NCBI GenBank assembly: GCA_001768515.1
Contig: MEOA01000020.1
Coordinates: 5,873-69,872 of the forward strand
DNA length: 64,000 bases
Source of the DNA: Bacteroidetes bacterium GWE2_42_24
Lineage (GTDB): Bacteria > Bacteroidota > Bacteroidia > Bacteroidales > TTA-H9
Direction: 5' to 3'
Shown: positions 8,780 to 19,070 of the stretch, in pieces
Position numbering within the stretch: the stretch's first letter is position 1
How the letters are laid out: each line of letters opens with the position of its first letter
Notes under the pieces: generated by a model
Databases searched by the model: none
Told to the model about the DNA's origin: nothing
The model's input: only the letters and a program-made list of their open reading frames with translations
Made by a program: the position numbers and the translations under genes

Positions 8780-10081
8780 TCAGATATTGAAAGCTTGTTT
8801 GAGCTTATCAATATAATCTGTTTTTTCCCAGGCAAAGAAGTTTACTTTTTTGAAATAACGATCAACGCCATCGAGTGACTTGCAAATTGTTTCATGGTTT
8901 TTGTACTTTACTTCCACCTCTGCTTCGTATGGAGTTCGTCCAAAATGGCCATATGCAGCCGAAGGCACAAAGATGGGGTTCCTCAATCCAAAGCGGCTGA
9001 TGATGGCAAAGGGACGGAGATCGAATATTGACAGCATTTTGTCGGCAAGTACTTCGTCGCTTATAACTTCACCTTTTTCATTTGTGGCCTTGCAGGTTCC
9101 ATAGGTGTCGATGAATAATCCAACCGGGCGAGCAATTCCAATGGCATAAGCCACCTGTACGAGAACCTCTTCGCATAAGCCTGCCGCGACCATGTTTTTG
9201 GCGATGTGGCGCATGGCATAAGCTGCAGAACGGTCGACCTTCGAAGAATCTTTTCCTGAGAAGGCTCCTCCGCCATGAGCACCACGTCCACCATAGGTGT
9301 CGACGATAATTTTTCTTCCGGTAAGCCCGGTGTCACCGTGAGGACCTCCAATTACAAATTTTCCGGTAGGGTTTACATAGAGTTTAAAGTTGTCGCCGAA
9401 AAGAACCTGAATTCGTAGAGGTAACAGTGCTTTCACACGTGGAATCAGAATGTGTCTGACATCAGCCTCGATTTTCGCGAGCATTTTTTCATCCTGATCA
9501 AATTCATCGTGCTGGGTTGAGAGCACGATGGTGTCGATGCGGGTCGCCTTCCACCTGTTTTCGTATTCTACGGTAACCTGTGATTTGGAGTCTGGACGCA
9601 GGTAAGTCATCAGTTTTCCTTCTCGTCTGATGGCAGCAAGTTCCTGAACCAACATATGGGCCAGTTCTACAGGCAAAGGCATCAGGTTGTCGGTTTCATT
9701 GCAGGCATAGCCGAACATCATTCCCTGGTCACCTGCACCCATCTCTTCTTCCGTTGCCCTGTCAACACCCTGATTGATGTCGCCTGATTGTTCATGGATG
9801 GTGCTAATTACACCACAAGATTCACTTTCAAAGCGATATTCTCCTTTTGTATAACCAATTTTTTTGATAGCAGAGCGGGCTATATCCTGAATGTCAACAT
9901 AACCATTGGTTCTAACTTCGCCACTGCAAACGGTAAGTCCTGTAGTGACCAGCGTTTCGCAGGCTACTTTAGAATTAGGGTCGTAACGAAGAAATTCGTC
10001 GAGTAAGGAATCTGATATTTGATCGGCCACTTTATCGGGATGGCCTTCCGAAACTGATTCTGATGTGAAAAAGAATCCCAT
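8780..10081 (-). CDS. metK: S-adenosylmethionine synthetase
   Basis: 433-aa ORF with [24 protein letters not shown] and GGGAFSGKD motifs. Collinear with MetK throughout. Confidence 0.95.
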   Translation of the reverse strand: MGFFFTSESVSEGHPDKVADQISDSLLDEFLRYDPNSKVACETLVTTGLTVCSGEVRTNGYVDIQDIARSAIKKIGYTKGEYRFESESCGVISTIHEQSGDINQGVDRATEEEMGAGDQGMMFGYACNETDNLMPLPVELAHMLVQELAAIRREGKLMTYLRPDSKSQVTVEYENRWKATRIDTIVLSTQHDEFDQDEKMLAKIEADVRHILIPRVKALLPLRIQVLFGDNFKLYVNPTGKFVIGGPHGDTGLTGRKIIVDTYGGRGAHGGGAFSGKDSSKVDRSAAYAMRHIAKNMVAAGLCEEVLVQVAYAIGIARPVGLFIDTYGTCKATNEKGEVISDEVLADKMLSIFDLRPFAIISRFGLRNPIFVPSAAYGHFGRTPYEAEVEVKYKNHETICKSLDGVDRYFKKVNFFAWEKTDYIDKLKQAFNI

Positions 10082-10197
10082 GTCGAATTTATTTTAAATG
10101 AATAAATTGTGTGGGAAGATATGAATGAAAATGAACCAGTTTCTGGTTTAGCATTCTTTTTACGTGGTTGCAATCAATCAAATCTGTCCACAGGGTG

Positions 10198-10205
10198 CAA
10201 AGGTA
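10198..10205 (-). promoter_or_regulatory. Bacteroidota -7 box (TAccTTTG) for metK
   Basis: The minus strand reads tacctttgcaccc about 115 nt upstream of the metK ATG. The same tacctttgca box precedes rplM and mtaB. Confidence 0.55.
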
Positions 10206-10271
10206 CAAAATCCTTTCGAGATAAAAGGATTAATTGCGGCCAAAAAAAAGAGAAGCATGGCAGGGAATGAA

Positions 10272-11180
10272 TCAAATAAGGGTCAAAGACTGGAATACCT
10301 GCTCGAGGGATGCGTTTTCGCGATTCATAGACAGAATAGAAACTTTATTGTCAACTGCAAGTTTAAAAAGATCCTCCCTTAGGTCGGTTTCCATATCAGC
10401 ATGGATTTCCCAAAGATTGTTTTCGCGAAGCTTAACCTTTCTGGCTCCCTTCAGGTTTTTAATCTTTTCGCCACTGACAGGTCCACTGAATTCAACCAGA
10501 ATTATGTTGCTGCCTGTCAGTTTTGAACTTAGAGAAGCGGTAGTATCGTCGGCAACAATTTTCCCCTGATTGATGATGATGGCTCTGCTACAGATGGCCT
10601 CGACTTCCTGCATGATGTGCGTACTCAGCATGACTGTCTTTTCCTTTCCCAGAGTTCGGATTAATTGCCTGATGTCGAGCAGTTGATTAGGATCTAACCC
10701 ACTTGTAGGCTCATCGAGGATAAGGACGTCTGGATTGTGGATCATTGCTTGCGCTATTCCGACCCTTTGCCTGAATCCCTTCGAGAGCTGTCCGATCTTC
10801 TTATGTTGCTCCCGTGCCAGTCCGGTCATTTCGATCATTTCTGATGTCCTTTTCTTAATATTTTGAAGTTTGTGCATACCTGCCACAAATTCAAGATATT
10901 CGCGTACATACATCTCCGTGTAGAGTGGCGTGTTTTCAGGCAAATAGCCCACTCGGCGCCTCACTTCAATCGATTGGTCATGAATGGAGAAACCATCTAC
11001 AGTAACATTGCCCCCTGTGGGAGGGATGAAACATGTGATGATTTTCATAAGTGTTGATTTTCCGGCACCATTGGGGCCGAGAATTCCTACAACTTCCCCG
11101 GGATTGATGTTGAAACTGACCGCATCAAGGGCTCTTTGAGAGCCGTAAAGTTTTGAAATATTGCTAACTGTAATGGCCAT
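10272..11180 (-). CDS. gldA: ABC transporter ATP-binding protein, GldA-like (gliding-motility-associated)
   Basis: 302-aa ORF with Walker A GPNGAGKST, signature LSKGFRQRV and Walker B LILDEPTSGLD. Its length and sequence strongly resemble my recollection of Flavobacterium GldA (YLPENTPLY..MYVREYL, STHIMQEVEAIC..IIIN.GKIVADD). Confidence 0.7.
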   Translation of the reverse strand: MAITVSNISKLYGSQRALDAVSFNINPGEVVGILGPNGAGKSTLMKIITCFIPPTGGNVTVDGFSIHDQSIEVRRRVGYLPENTPLYTEMYVREYLEFVAGMHKLQNIKKRTSEMIEMTGLAREQHKKIGQLSKGFRQRVGIAQAMIHNPDVLILDEPTSGLDPNQLLDIRQLIRTLGKEKTVMLSTHIMQEVEAICSRAIIINQGKIVADDTTASLSSKLTGSNIILVEFSGPVSGEKIKNLKGARKVKLRENNLWEIHADMETDLREDLFKLAVDNKVSILSMNRENASLEQVFQSLTLI

Positions 11181-11216
11181 CGTGATTACTGATTGTCGGG
11201 CAAAATTACGTTAAAA

Positions 11217-11783
11217 TTAGAAGTCACGGACAAATTCGACAATTCTGGAGTTTTGCGAGCTATCATACCAGGGAAGGAAGAGGGACTGTCCGTCATATTC
11301 TTTTGGAGGGCTGCCATACTTCAAATGGCTTCGCCAGATATGGCGGATATACCAAGAAGGTTCGGCTCCCCAGCGGACGTCTTTGACCTTTCGTTGGTAG
11401 AATTCTCTAAAAGGGAGGCTGAGGTAGAGTACCTTATTATATATAGGAGCCAATCTGGGGTCAGAAAAGGGGAACAACCCTTCTATGATAGTAATGCCCG
11501 GGCGGGTTAGATGGGGTTTAACCTGATGGAAAAGCGCATCAAAATTTGTCGATTTCGGACATTCCCAATCGGTATGCCCATTAATTTTAGGAATTTGTTC
11601 TTCGGGGTATACAAAATTGTCAAGGTGAAAGATTCTGACGGGAATATCAGGCAGGGTTTGCTGAATAAACATGGCCAGGGAAGTTTTCCCTGCGCGGCTT
11701 ACACCGGCGATGGCAATCAGTTGTGAAGTAGAGCGCACGATCATGAAGGCAAAGGTATGGAAATGTGTTAAGGTGCCATGCAT
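11217..11783 (-). CDS. NRK1/uridine-kinase family nucleoside kinase (nicotinamide riboside kinase-like)
   Basis: It has the P-loop IAIAGVSRAGKTSLA. The blocks TIIEGLFPF, LYLSLPFREFYQRK and WYIRHIWRSHLKYG parallel eukaryotic-type NRK1. An alternative start is at 11744. Confidence 0.65.
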   Translation of the reverse strand: MHGTLTHFHTFAFMIVRSTSQLIAIAGVSRAGKTSLAMFIQQTLPDIPVRIFHLDNFVYPEEQIPKINGHTDWECPKSTNFDALFHQVKPHLTRPGITIIEGLFPFSDPRLAPIYNKVLYLSLPFREFYQRKVKDVRWGAEPSWYIRHIWRSHLKYGSPPKEYDGQSLFLPWYDSSQNSRIVEFVRDF

Positions 11784-11869
11784 AGGGAAAATTATTAAGC
11801 CAGTTAGTGCAAGTTGTCTTAGTTTGACAAATTATTGGCAGGGAAATTGTTATAAATCAAAAATAATCT

Positions 11870-11877
11870 TACCTTTG
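11870..11877 (+). promoter_or_regulatory. Bacteroidota -7 box (TAccTTTG) for rplM-rpsI
   Basis: tacctttgcaccc lies 50 nt upstream of the rplM ATG. Confidence 0.6.
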
Positions 11878-11927
11878 CACCCCTTTTTAGGTCGATAATT
11901 GGATTTAAAAGTAATTAGGATTCAAAA

Positions 11928-12383
11928 ATGAACACTCTGAGTTACAAGACGATTAGCGCAAACAAACAAACCGCTACTAAAGAATGGGTTGTTGTGAATG
12001 CGGAGAACGAAGTCGTTGGCCGTCTGGCAACTAAAGTTGCCAAGCTGCTGAGGGGCAAGTATAAAACTAATTATACTCCTCACGTAGATTGTGGCGACAA
12101 CGTTATCATCCTCAACGCCGATAAAATTATTTTTACCGGTAACAAGATGGAAGCAAAGGAATATGTGCGTTACACCGGTTATCCGGGTGGTCAGCGATTC
12201 GCTACCCCTGCTATGCTGATGAAACGCTTTCCGGAGCGCATCCTTGAAAATGCCGTGAGAGGCATGCTACCCAAAAACAGGTTGGGTCGTGCGATTTATC
12301 GCAACCTGTATGTTTATACCGGCGCTGAGCACCCGCACGTTGCCCAGCTTCCGAAAGAAATTGTTTTAAATAACCTGAAGTAA
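11928..12383 (+). CDS. rplM: 50S ribosomal protein L13
   Basis: 151-aa ORF (WVVVNAENEVVGRLAT..AKLLRGK, GYPGG). It is immediately followed by rpsI. Confidence 0.95.
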   Translation: MNTLSYKTISANKQTATKEWVVVNAENEVVGRLATKVAKLLRGKYKTNYTPHVDCGDNVIILNADKIIFTGNKMEAKEYVRYTGYPGGQRFATPAMLMKRFPERILENAVRGMLPKNRLGRAIYRNLYVYTGAEHPHVAQLPKEIVLNNLK

Positions 12384-12384
12384 A

Positions 12385-12771
12385 ATGGAAGTAATCAACA
12401 CAATCGGCAGGAGAAAAACCGCTGTTGCCCGTATCTACATGAAGAGCGGAAGTGGCAAAGTTCTGGTCAATGACAGGGATTACACCGAATACTTCCCCGT
12501 TGGGACATTGCAGTATGTTGTAATGCAGCCTTTCACCACGTTAGGTGTAGAAGGGCAGTACGATGTTAAAGCAAACCTTGATGGTGGCGGTATTACCGGT
12601 CAGGCCGAAGCCCTCAGGCTCGCCATTTCCCGCGCGCTCACCCAGGTAATTGAAGGTAGCCGCAAACCATTGAAGGACAAAGGACTGCTTCGTCGCGATC
12701 CGCGTATGGTTGAACGTAAAAAACCCGGTCAGAAGAAAGCCCGTAAGAGATTCCAATTCTCTAAACGTTAG
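12385..12771 (+). CDS. rpsI: 30S ribosomal protein S9
   Basis: 128-aa ORF with GRRKTAVARI at the N-terminus and the basic tail RKKPGQKKARKRFQFSKR. Confidence 0.95.
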   Translation: MEVINTIGRRKTAVARIYMKSGSGKVLVNDRDYTEYFPVGTLQYVVMQPFTTLGVEGQYDVKANLDGGGITGQAEALRLAISRALTQVIEGSRKPLKDKGLLRRDPRMVERKKPGQKKARKRFQFSKR

Positions 12772-12874
12772 ACACCTTCATGTATCGTGTTTAGTATCTA
12801 AATTACCACGACTACGAATCGCGTACTACCTGGTAATTGATTTTAAGGAAAGTAAACATCTATTAAATTAAAAA

Positions 12875-13762
12875 ATGGCACAAGTCACATTTGAGGAAAT
12901 GCTGGATGCCGGCGTACATTTCGGGCATCTGAAAAGAAAATGGAATCCAAATATGGCCCCATACATTTTTATGGAGCGCAACGGTATTCATATTATCGAC
13001 CTTTATAAGACTCAGGCAAAAATCGAAGAGGCTGCCAATGCAATGAAACAAATTGCAAAATCAGGCAAGAAAATCCTTTTTGTAGCTACCAAGAAACAAG
13101 CTAAGGAAATTGTTTCAGAACTGGTTACCCGCGTTAACATGCCCTATGTGGTAGAACGCTGGCCTGGTGGTATGTTGACCAATTTCGCTACTATTCGCAA
13201 GGCTGTTAAAAAGATGGCCTCCATTGATAAACTGATGGAAAACGAGGCATATCTTACAATGTCGAAACGCGAACGCTTGCAGGTAACCCGTGAAAGAGCC
13301 AAATTGGAGAAAAACCTGGGTAGTATTGCCGATCTGAATCGTTTACCTTCGGCACTGTTTATCGTTGACGTACTTAAAGAACACATTGCTGTTGCTGAAG
13401 CCCGTAAGCTCAACATCCCCACTTTCGCCATTGTTGATACCAACTCCAACCCCCTGCTGGTTGACTTCCCAATCCCTGCCAACGACGATGCCTCGAAATC
13501 AATCGCACTTATTACCCGCGCTATGGTTGAAGCTATCGAAGAAGGTCTGAACGAACGCAAAATTGATAAGGATCGCAAAGACGACCGTGATGACGTTGAA
13601 ATTGACGAAATCACCGGACTACCGATCACCACCGATGACGATGATGATGATTCGGATGCTCCTGTTAAGTTTAAAACTGACGAGGAAGAAGAAGCCGGTA
13701 AAACAAAACGTCCGCGTAAAGTTGTTGTCAAACCTACAAAAGCCGGACCTCCACGTCGTTAA
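12875..13762 (+). CDS. rpsB: 30S ribosomal protein S2 with a long acidic-then-basic C-terminal tail
   Basis: 295-aa ORF with LDAGVHFGH and RWPGGMLTN motifs. About 70 extra C-terminal residues are present (DDDDDDSD...KTKRPRKVVVKPTKAGPPRR). Confidence 0.95.
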   Translation: MAQVTFEEMLDAGVHFGHLKRKWNPNMAPYIFMERNGIHIIDLYKTQAKIEEAANAMKQIAKSGKKILFVATKKQAKEIVSELVTRVNMPYVVERWPGGMLTNFATIRKAVKKMASIDKLMENEAYLTMSKRERLQVTRERAKLEKNLGSIADLNRLPSALFIVDVLKEHIAVAEARKLNIPTFAIVDTNSNPLLVDFPIPANDDASKSIALITRAMVEAIEEGLNERKIDKDRKDDRDDVEIDEITGLPITTDDDDDDSDAPVKFKTDEEEEAGKTKRPRKVVVKPTKAGPPRR

Positions 13763-13872
13763 GCAGGATTGTCACATCCCCTTCAGATAATATTTATTTA
13801 ATGTTCAATATGCTGAAGATACGTGACAACACACGTATCTTCACTTTTTTTTCTAAAAGATTCAAATATACT

Positions 13873-14706
13873 ATGGCAAATATTACAGCAGCCGATGTTA
13901 ATAAACTGAGGCAGATGACCGGCGCAGGCATGATGGATTGCAAACATGCCCTTCAGGAGTCGGAAGGTGATTTTGAAAAGGCAGTTGATTACCTGCGCAA
14001 AAAAGGTCAGAAAGTGGCCAACAAACGTGCTGACAAAGAAGCCAACGAAGGAATTGTTCTGGCATCAACCAACGATGCCCATACCTTTGGCATCGTAGCC
14101 CGCATTAACTGCGAGACCGACTTTGTTGCCAAGAATGCCGAATTCATTGACCTGGCCAAAACTTTTCAGTCAAAAGCTCTGGCAGCCGGTATTAAAGATA
14201 AAGAAGCTGCTCTTAAGCTCGATATCAATGGTCGTACTCTCGAGGAAAATCTTACTGAACTCATCGGGAAAACTGGTGAAAAGATGGAACTCTCAGGTTA
14301 TGAGGCTATCGAAGGTCCTGTTGTGGCTTCTTATAACCACATGGGTAATCGTCTTGCAACCATTGTTGCATTCAGCAAGGAAGTCAGCAATGGTGTTGAA
14401 TTGGCACATGAAATTGCAATGCAGGTAGCTGCTATGAATCCCGTGGCAGTTGATGCTAACTCTGTAGATGCCAGTACCATTAAACGTGAAATTGAAATCG
14501 GAATGGAACAGGCACGTGCTGAAGGAAAACCGGAAAATATGCTCGAGAAGATCGCTCAGGGTAAACTGAACAAATTCTTCAAGGACAACACGCTCCTTAA
14601 CCAGGAGTTTATCCGCGATTCTAAGAAAACAGTAGCCCAGTACCTCACTGGCTTTGACAGTGAACTTACCGTTACAGCTTTCAAACGGCTGCAACTTGGT
14701 GAATAG
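13873..14706 (+). CDS. tsf: Elongation factor Ts
   Basis: The canonical N-terminus MANITAADVNKLRQMTGAGMMDCKHAL begins at the ATG at 13873. The track ORF from 13801 is an upstream in-frame extension. Confidence 0.93.
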   Translation: MANITAADVNKLRQMTGAGMMDCKHALQESEGDFEKAVDYLRKKGQKVANKRADKEANEGIVLASTNDAHTFGIVARINCETDFVAKNAEFIDLAKTFQSKALAAGIKDKEAALKLDINGRTLEENLTELIGKTGEKMELSGYEAIEGPVVASYNHMGNRLATIVAFSKEVSNGVELAHEIAMQVAAMNPVAVDANSVDASTIKREIEIGMEQARAEGKPENMLEKIAQGKLNKFFKDNTLLNQEFIRDSKKTVAQYLTGFDSELTVTAFKRLQLGE

Positions 14707-14733
14707 TCACCATTTTTCTCAAGATTCAGTAAA

Positions 14734-14763
14734 AACGTCTTTCCGCAAGGAAAGGCGTTTTTT
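14734..14763 (+). terminator. tsf rho-independent terminator
   Basis: The stem aacgtctttcc / ggaaaggcgtt has a GCAA loop. It is followed by tttttt. Confidence 0.8.
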
Positions 14764-14887
14764 GTTATAACAAATCACAGTTTTAAGCGTTAACTTTTTT
14801 GTAAATCTTGTCGGAAAGAATATTTTATATTTGCCGGATGTAAAAATTATCACAATAACTTTGGTGAATCTAATCAATTAAAGGAAA

Positions 14888-16147
14888 ATGAATAAACGTA
14901 ATCTGATTATCGGTGGTGTACTACTGGTGTTTATAGTAGCGGTCTATTGGCTATCGGCTGACCAGTCGAAGGAAGAGTCAATCATTACGGCTATGGTAAA
15001 ACGTGGGCCGTTTAAAATTTCAGTTACAACCACCGGAGAGCTTGAAGCAGAAAACGCTGAAAAAATTAACGGGCCACAAGGGCTTCAGCAGGTGGGTATC
15101 TGGCGGTTGACAATTGAGGATATTATTCCTGATGGCACCCTGGTAGATTCGGGTCAATATGTTGCGCGCATGGACATGACCGAAATCAGCAACAAGATTA
15201 AGGATAAGGAAACTGAACTCGAAAAACTTGAAGTTCAGGTCACGAAATCAAGGATTGATACCTCCATTGAAATGAGGGCTGCCCGCGATGAGTTGTTGAA
15301 TCTTAAATACAATGTTGAAGAAACACGGATTGTACTTGAACAGTCGAAGTTTGAGCCACCAGCGACTATCAGGCAGGCTGAGATTTCGCTTGATAAATCT
15401 GAGAGAGCCCTTGAACAAGCCAAAAAGAACTACAACCTGAAACTTCAGAAGAACATGGCTTCCATGCAGGACGTTTCTGCGTCTTATGAACAAGCCCGAA
15501 GACAGCTCGAAAGTTTGGTTGAAGTTCGTAACCAGTTTACTGTGACAGCTCCTAAAAAAGGGATGCTGATTTATCGGCGTAACTGGGATGGTAAGAAAAT
15601 GGGAGTGGGAGCACAAATCAGTGGATGGGATAATGTTGTTGCCACATTGCCAGATCTGTCAAAGATGATTACAAAGACCTATGTGAATGAAATTGACATC
15701 TCAAAAGTGAAAGTCGGGCAGCTCGTTGAAATTGGCATCGATGCCTTCCCCGATAAGAAACTTACCGGCAAAGTTCGTGAGGTGGCGAATATTGGGGAAC
15801 AATTATCGGGAGCGAATGCCAAGGTGTTTGAAGTTACAATCAACGTAAATGAATTTGATTCTATCCTGAGGCCTGCCATGACCACCAAGAATACTATCAT
15901 TACAAATACCTTTACAAGTGAACTCTTCATTCCGATTGAATCTGTTCATACCACCGACAGTATATCGTGGGTGGTGTCGGGCAAAAAGCGTAAGCAGGTA
16001 AAACTCGGTGATAGCAATGACAACGAGATTGTGGTCAAAGAGGGTTTGACCGAGGGAGAGGAAATTATGCTTACCTCGCCGGACAATGCAGAAGAATTGC
16101 CTTTGTTCGGACTGAACGGCGAGAAAATTATCCTTAAAAAGGAATAA
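14888..16147 (+). CDS. Efflux periplasmic adaptor (HlyD/MacA-type membrane fusion protein)
   Basis: 419-aa ORF with an N-terminal TM segment, a long coiled-coil and a C-terminal beta-barrel region (VGQLVEIGIDAFPDKKLTGKV). It is the first gene of a three-gene efflux operon. Confidence 0.85.
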   Translation: MNKRNLIIGGVLLVFIVAVYWLSADQSKEESIITAMVKRGPFKISVTTTGELEAENAEKINGPQGLQQVGIWRLTIEDIIPDGTLVDSGQYVARMDMTEISNKIKDKETELEKLEVQVTKSRIDTSIEMRAARDELLNLKYNVEETRIVLEQSKFEPPATIRQAEISLDKSERALEQAKKNYNLKLQKNMASMQDVSASYEQARRQLESLVEVRNQFTVTAPKKGMLIYRRNWDGKKMGVGAQISGWDNVVATLPDLSKMITKTYVNEIDISKVKVGQLVEIGIDAFPDKKLTGKVREVANIGEQLSGANAKVFEVTINVNEFDSILRPAMTTKNTIITNTFTSELFIPIESVHTTDSISWVVSGKKRKQVKLGDSNDNEIVVKEGLTEGEEIMLTSPDNAEELPLFGLNGEKIILKKE

Positions 16148-16149
16148 CT

Positions 16150-17499
16150 GTGGAAAGGTATTCTCAAATTTTTAATATGGCTTTAGAGGCTGTTTTTGCC
16201 AACAAAGTCAGGTCGATGCTTACGGCATTGGGTATCATTTTTGGTGTTGCCGCCGTGATATCTATGATGGCCATTGGAAAAGGTGCCCAGAAAGAAATTC
16301 TCGATCAGATGAAATTAGTGGGAGTGAATAACATCATCATCTCACCTATTTCTACGAAGGAAAAGAAATCAGAATCCAATACTGAATCGGCCGGCAAGCA
16401 ATTGAAAGAGAAATTCTCTCCGGGATTGTCGCTTAAAGATGCCGAAGCGCTGCTTAATGTGATTCCCACTGTTGCAAAAGTCAGCCCTGAGGTAAGTTAT
16501 GACGTTCAGGTAGTGAAGGATGGCAAGAGTATGAGTACTCGCCTTACAGGCGTAAGTAATCACTTTTTTAAGATCTTTAGTCTCACACTTGAAAAAGGTG
16601 CCTATTTCTCAAACCTTGAACAGGTGGATGGGAAACCAGTCTGTATTATTGGATCAGGGATTAAGGCACGGCTGTTTCCACAGATTGACCCTGTCGGGCG
16701 GAAAGTGAAATGTGGCAACATCTGGCTGACTGTGATTGGGGTGATTCAAAATGTGGCTGTCTCGGAGAAGAGTAGCGAAAGCCTGGGAATTAACGACTAT
16801 AATTCTGTTGTATTCACACCCTTGCGTACAGTCTTTGTCAGGTTCAAAGACAGATCGGTAGTAAATAAATCTAATCTTGGCGAAGGGGAAGCTTTTTACG
16901 GTGGTGATTATGTCGTTTTTAATTCGGAAGGCAATAAAGAAGCCGGTTTCAATCAGCTTGACAAAATCACAGTACAGGTGAAGGAAAGCACCCAATTGAA
17001 TGCTACTGCCGAGGTTATTCGTCGTATGTTAACCCGCAAGCATTCGGGTGTTGAAGACTTCGATGTGAAAGTACCTGAGCTATTGTTAAAACAGGAGCAA
17101 CGGACCAAAGACATCTTTAATATCGTACTGGGAGCCATTGCCAGCATAAGCCTTTTGGTTGGCGGAATTGGTATCATGAACATTATGCTGGCCTCAGTTA
17201 TGGAACGTATACGGGAAATAGGCGTAAGAATGGCCATCGGGGCCCGCAAGCGTGACATCGTACTTCAGTTTCTTACCGAGGCTACCCTGATCAGTGTTAC
17301 CGGTGGACTAATCGGAATACTTCTGGGAATCATACTGTCAAAAATGATTATGAGATTTGCCGATATCCTGACTATTATTTCGATGTTTTCGGTACTTGTT
17401 TCGTTTGGTGTTTCAGTTGCAGTGGGTGTCGTGTTTGGCTTTATGCCTGCCAAAAAGGCCTCACAACAGGATCCTGTTACTTCACTTCGTTATGAATAA
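16150..17499 (+). CDS. MacB-type ABC transporter permease (MacB periplasmic domain plus FtsX), with no fused ATPase
   Basis: 449-aa ORF with a GTG start 2 nt after the upstream stop codon. The N-terminal ANKVRSMLTALGIIFGVAAVI motif is present. The C-terminal FtsX-like TM bundle contains REIGVRMAIGARKRDI. Confidence 0.85.
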   Translation: MERYSQIFNMALEAVFANKVRSMLTALGIIFGVAAVISMMAIGKGAQKEILDQMKLVGVNNIIISPISTKEKKSESNTESAGKQLKEKFSPGLSLKDAEALLNVIPTVAKVSPEVSYDVQVVKDGKSMSTRLTGVSNHFFKIFSLTLEKGAYFSNLEQVDGKPVCIIGSGIKARLFPQIDPVGRKVKCGNIWLTVIGVIQNVAVSEKSSESLGINDYNSVVFTPLRTVFVRFKDRSVVNKSNLGEGEAFYGGDYVVFNSEGNKEAGFNQLDKITVQVKESTQLNATAEVIRRMLTRKHSGVEDFDVKVPELLLKQEQRTKDIFNIVLGAIASISLLVGGIGIMNIMLASVMERIREIGVRMAIGARKRDIVLQFLTEATLISVTGGLIGILLGIILSKMIMRFADILTIISMFSVLVSFGVSVAVGVVFGFMPAKKASQQDPVTSLRYE

Positions 17500-17510
17500 A
17501 AAAAGTTATT

Positions 17511-19001
17511 ATGCATTCTAATAAGCTATTTACAATAATACTTTTATCGATACTCTGCTGCCCGTTTCAATTACTAATAGCGCAGTCGGAGCTACCCGTC
17601 AGGCTTACCCTTGAAGATGCCATACGCGTTGCCCAGGAACAATCGCCCGATGCACTTATCGCTATACATCGCTTTAAAAGCAGCTATTGGGAATATCGGA
17701 ATTTTCAGGCCCAATTTATGCCTATGCTCAGTTTTGATGGTACCTTGCCTTCTTGGTCACGTTCAATTAATAAGTATACCAGAGAGGATGGGACTGAGGT
17801 CTACGTTAACCAGGAATATGCCCGTTATTTTGGTGCCATGTCGCTTACTAAAACTGTTGGCGTAACTGGTGGTGAAGTATTCATTCGCAGCCGACTGGAG
17901 CGGGTAGATAATTTTTCCGACAGCTCACGTACTTCGTGGCTTTCGAATCCAATTACTATTGGCTTTTCGCAGCCACTTTTTACTTATAACCAGTATCGGT
18001 GGCAGAAGAAAATAGACCCTGTTAAATATGAAGAGGCGAAGCGTAAATACCTGGAAGATAATGAGCAAATAGCAATCACCGCTTCCGGCTATTTCTTTAA
18101 TCTTCTGCTAAGTCAGATCAGCTTGCGAATTGCTCAAGTGAATGAAGGCAACTACGATACGCTTTATCGTATTGCAAAAGGACGGTATAACATGGGGACC
18201 ATCGGCGAAAATGAGTTATTGCAGCTTGAACTTAATTTGCTACGATCGAGAAATGATGTACAAAATAGCCGACTTGAGGTTGAAAATAATCAGTTTAAGC
18301 TTAAATCTTACTTGCGGTTAAAAGGGGAGGCAGCACTTACACTGGTGCCACCCAATAATACCTGGCATGGTGATGTGGAATCCCGTAAAGCTATAGATGA
18401 AGCACTTAAAAACAGGTCATCAGCAATCGCCTTCGACAGAAGATTGCTTGAGGCTCGTCGCGATGTGTACAAAGCTCGTTCTGAAAATAGGTTTTCTGCC
18501 AACCTTGATGTAGAATATGGCCTTTCTCAGACAACTGCATCATTTGAGAATGTTTACAAGAACCCCCAGGATCAACAACAGGTCACTGTGGGTGTACACG
18601 TTCCTATTCTCGACTGGGGGCTTGCCCGTGGACGGATTAAGCTGGCAGAGTCAAATGAAGAGCTTGTTAAAACAAGCATTGAGCAGGAGCGCATCGACTT
18701 TGAGCAGGAGGTTTTCCTGTCGGTGATGCAGTTCAATATGCAGTCGGTTCAGCTTCACATTGCAGCCAAAAGTGATACCATTGCCAGAAGAAGCTTTGAA
18801 GTGGCTAAAGCAAGATATATGATTGGGAAAATCAGTATCACCGACCTGAATATTGCCCAGTCAGAAAAAGACCAGGCACAAAAGGGTTTCATTAGTTCAT
18901 TGCAAAATTATTGGTATAATTATTACAGCATCAGAAAGCTCACTTTGTTTGACTTTAAGGCTAACGGAAAGCTACTATTTGACATTTCAAAGTTACTTTA
19001 G
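17511..19001 (+). CDS. TolC-family outer-membrane efflux protein
   Basis: 496-aa ORF with a signal peptide. It shows the two-fold repeat of the OEP pattern (LTLEDAIRVAQEQSPD...; ILDWGLARGRIKLAE). Confidence 0.85.
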   Translation: MHSNKLFTIILLSILCCPFQLLIAQSELPVRLTLEDAIRVAQEQSPDALIAIHRFKSSYWEYRNFQAQFMPMLSFDGTLPSWSRSINKYTREDGTEVYVNQEYARYFGAMSLTKTVGVTGGEVFIRSRLERVDNFSDSSRTSWLSNPITIGFSQPLFTYNQYRWQKKIDPVKYEEAKRKYLEDNEQIAITASGYFFNLLLSQISLRIAQVNEGNYDTLYRIAKGRYNMGTIGENELLQLELNLLRSRNDVQNSRLEVENNQFKLKSYLRLKGEAALTLVPPNNTWHGDVESRKAIDEALKNRSSAIAFDRRLLEARRDVYKARSENRFSANLDVEYGLSQTTASFENVYKNPQDQQQVTVGVHVPILDWGLARGRIKLAESNEELVKTSIEQERIDFEQEVFLSVMQFNMQSVQLHIAAKSDTIARRSFEVAKARYMIGKISITDLNIAQSEKDQAQKGFISSLQNYWYNYYSIRKLTLFDFKANGKLLFDISKLL

Positions 19002-19070
19002 CGAACCAAATACTTTCAATGTTGTTTATAGTATCCAAAGTATCAATACCCGAAAACTAAATAATAAACT

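Noticed and set aside
10082-10197. A SAM riboswitch might lie in the roughly 115-nt metK leader.
   Set aside because: I could not find the SAM-I core, and I found no convincing SAM-II/V pseudoknot pairing. The strings gatttg...ttgcaacc...aaaag..gctaaa are only loosely reminiscent. There is just a weak 6-bp hairpin (aaccag/ctggtt) followed by cattttc. A cmscan would be needed; I am not claiming it.
13144-13731. A 195-aa Ser-rich ORF antisense to rpsB.
   Set aside because: It is a shadow ORF entirely inside a well-supported ribosomal protein gene, with low-complexity composition.
13560-13762. The acidic/basic C-terminal extension of S2 might be a novel fusion.
   Set aside because: C-terminal low-complexity tails on S2 are widespread in Bacteroidota. 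There is no separate domain signature.
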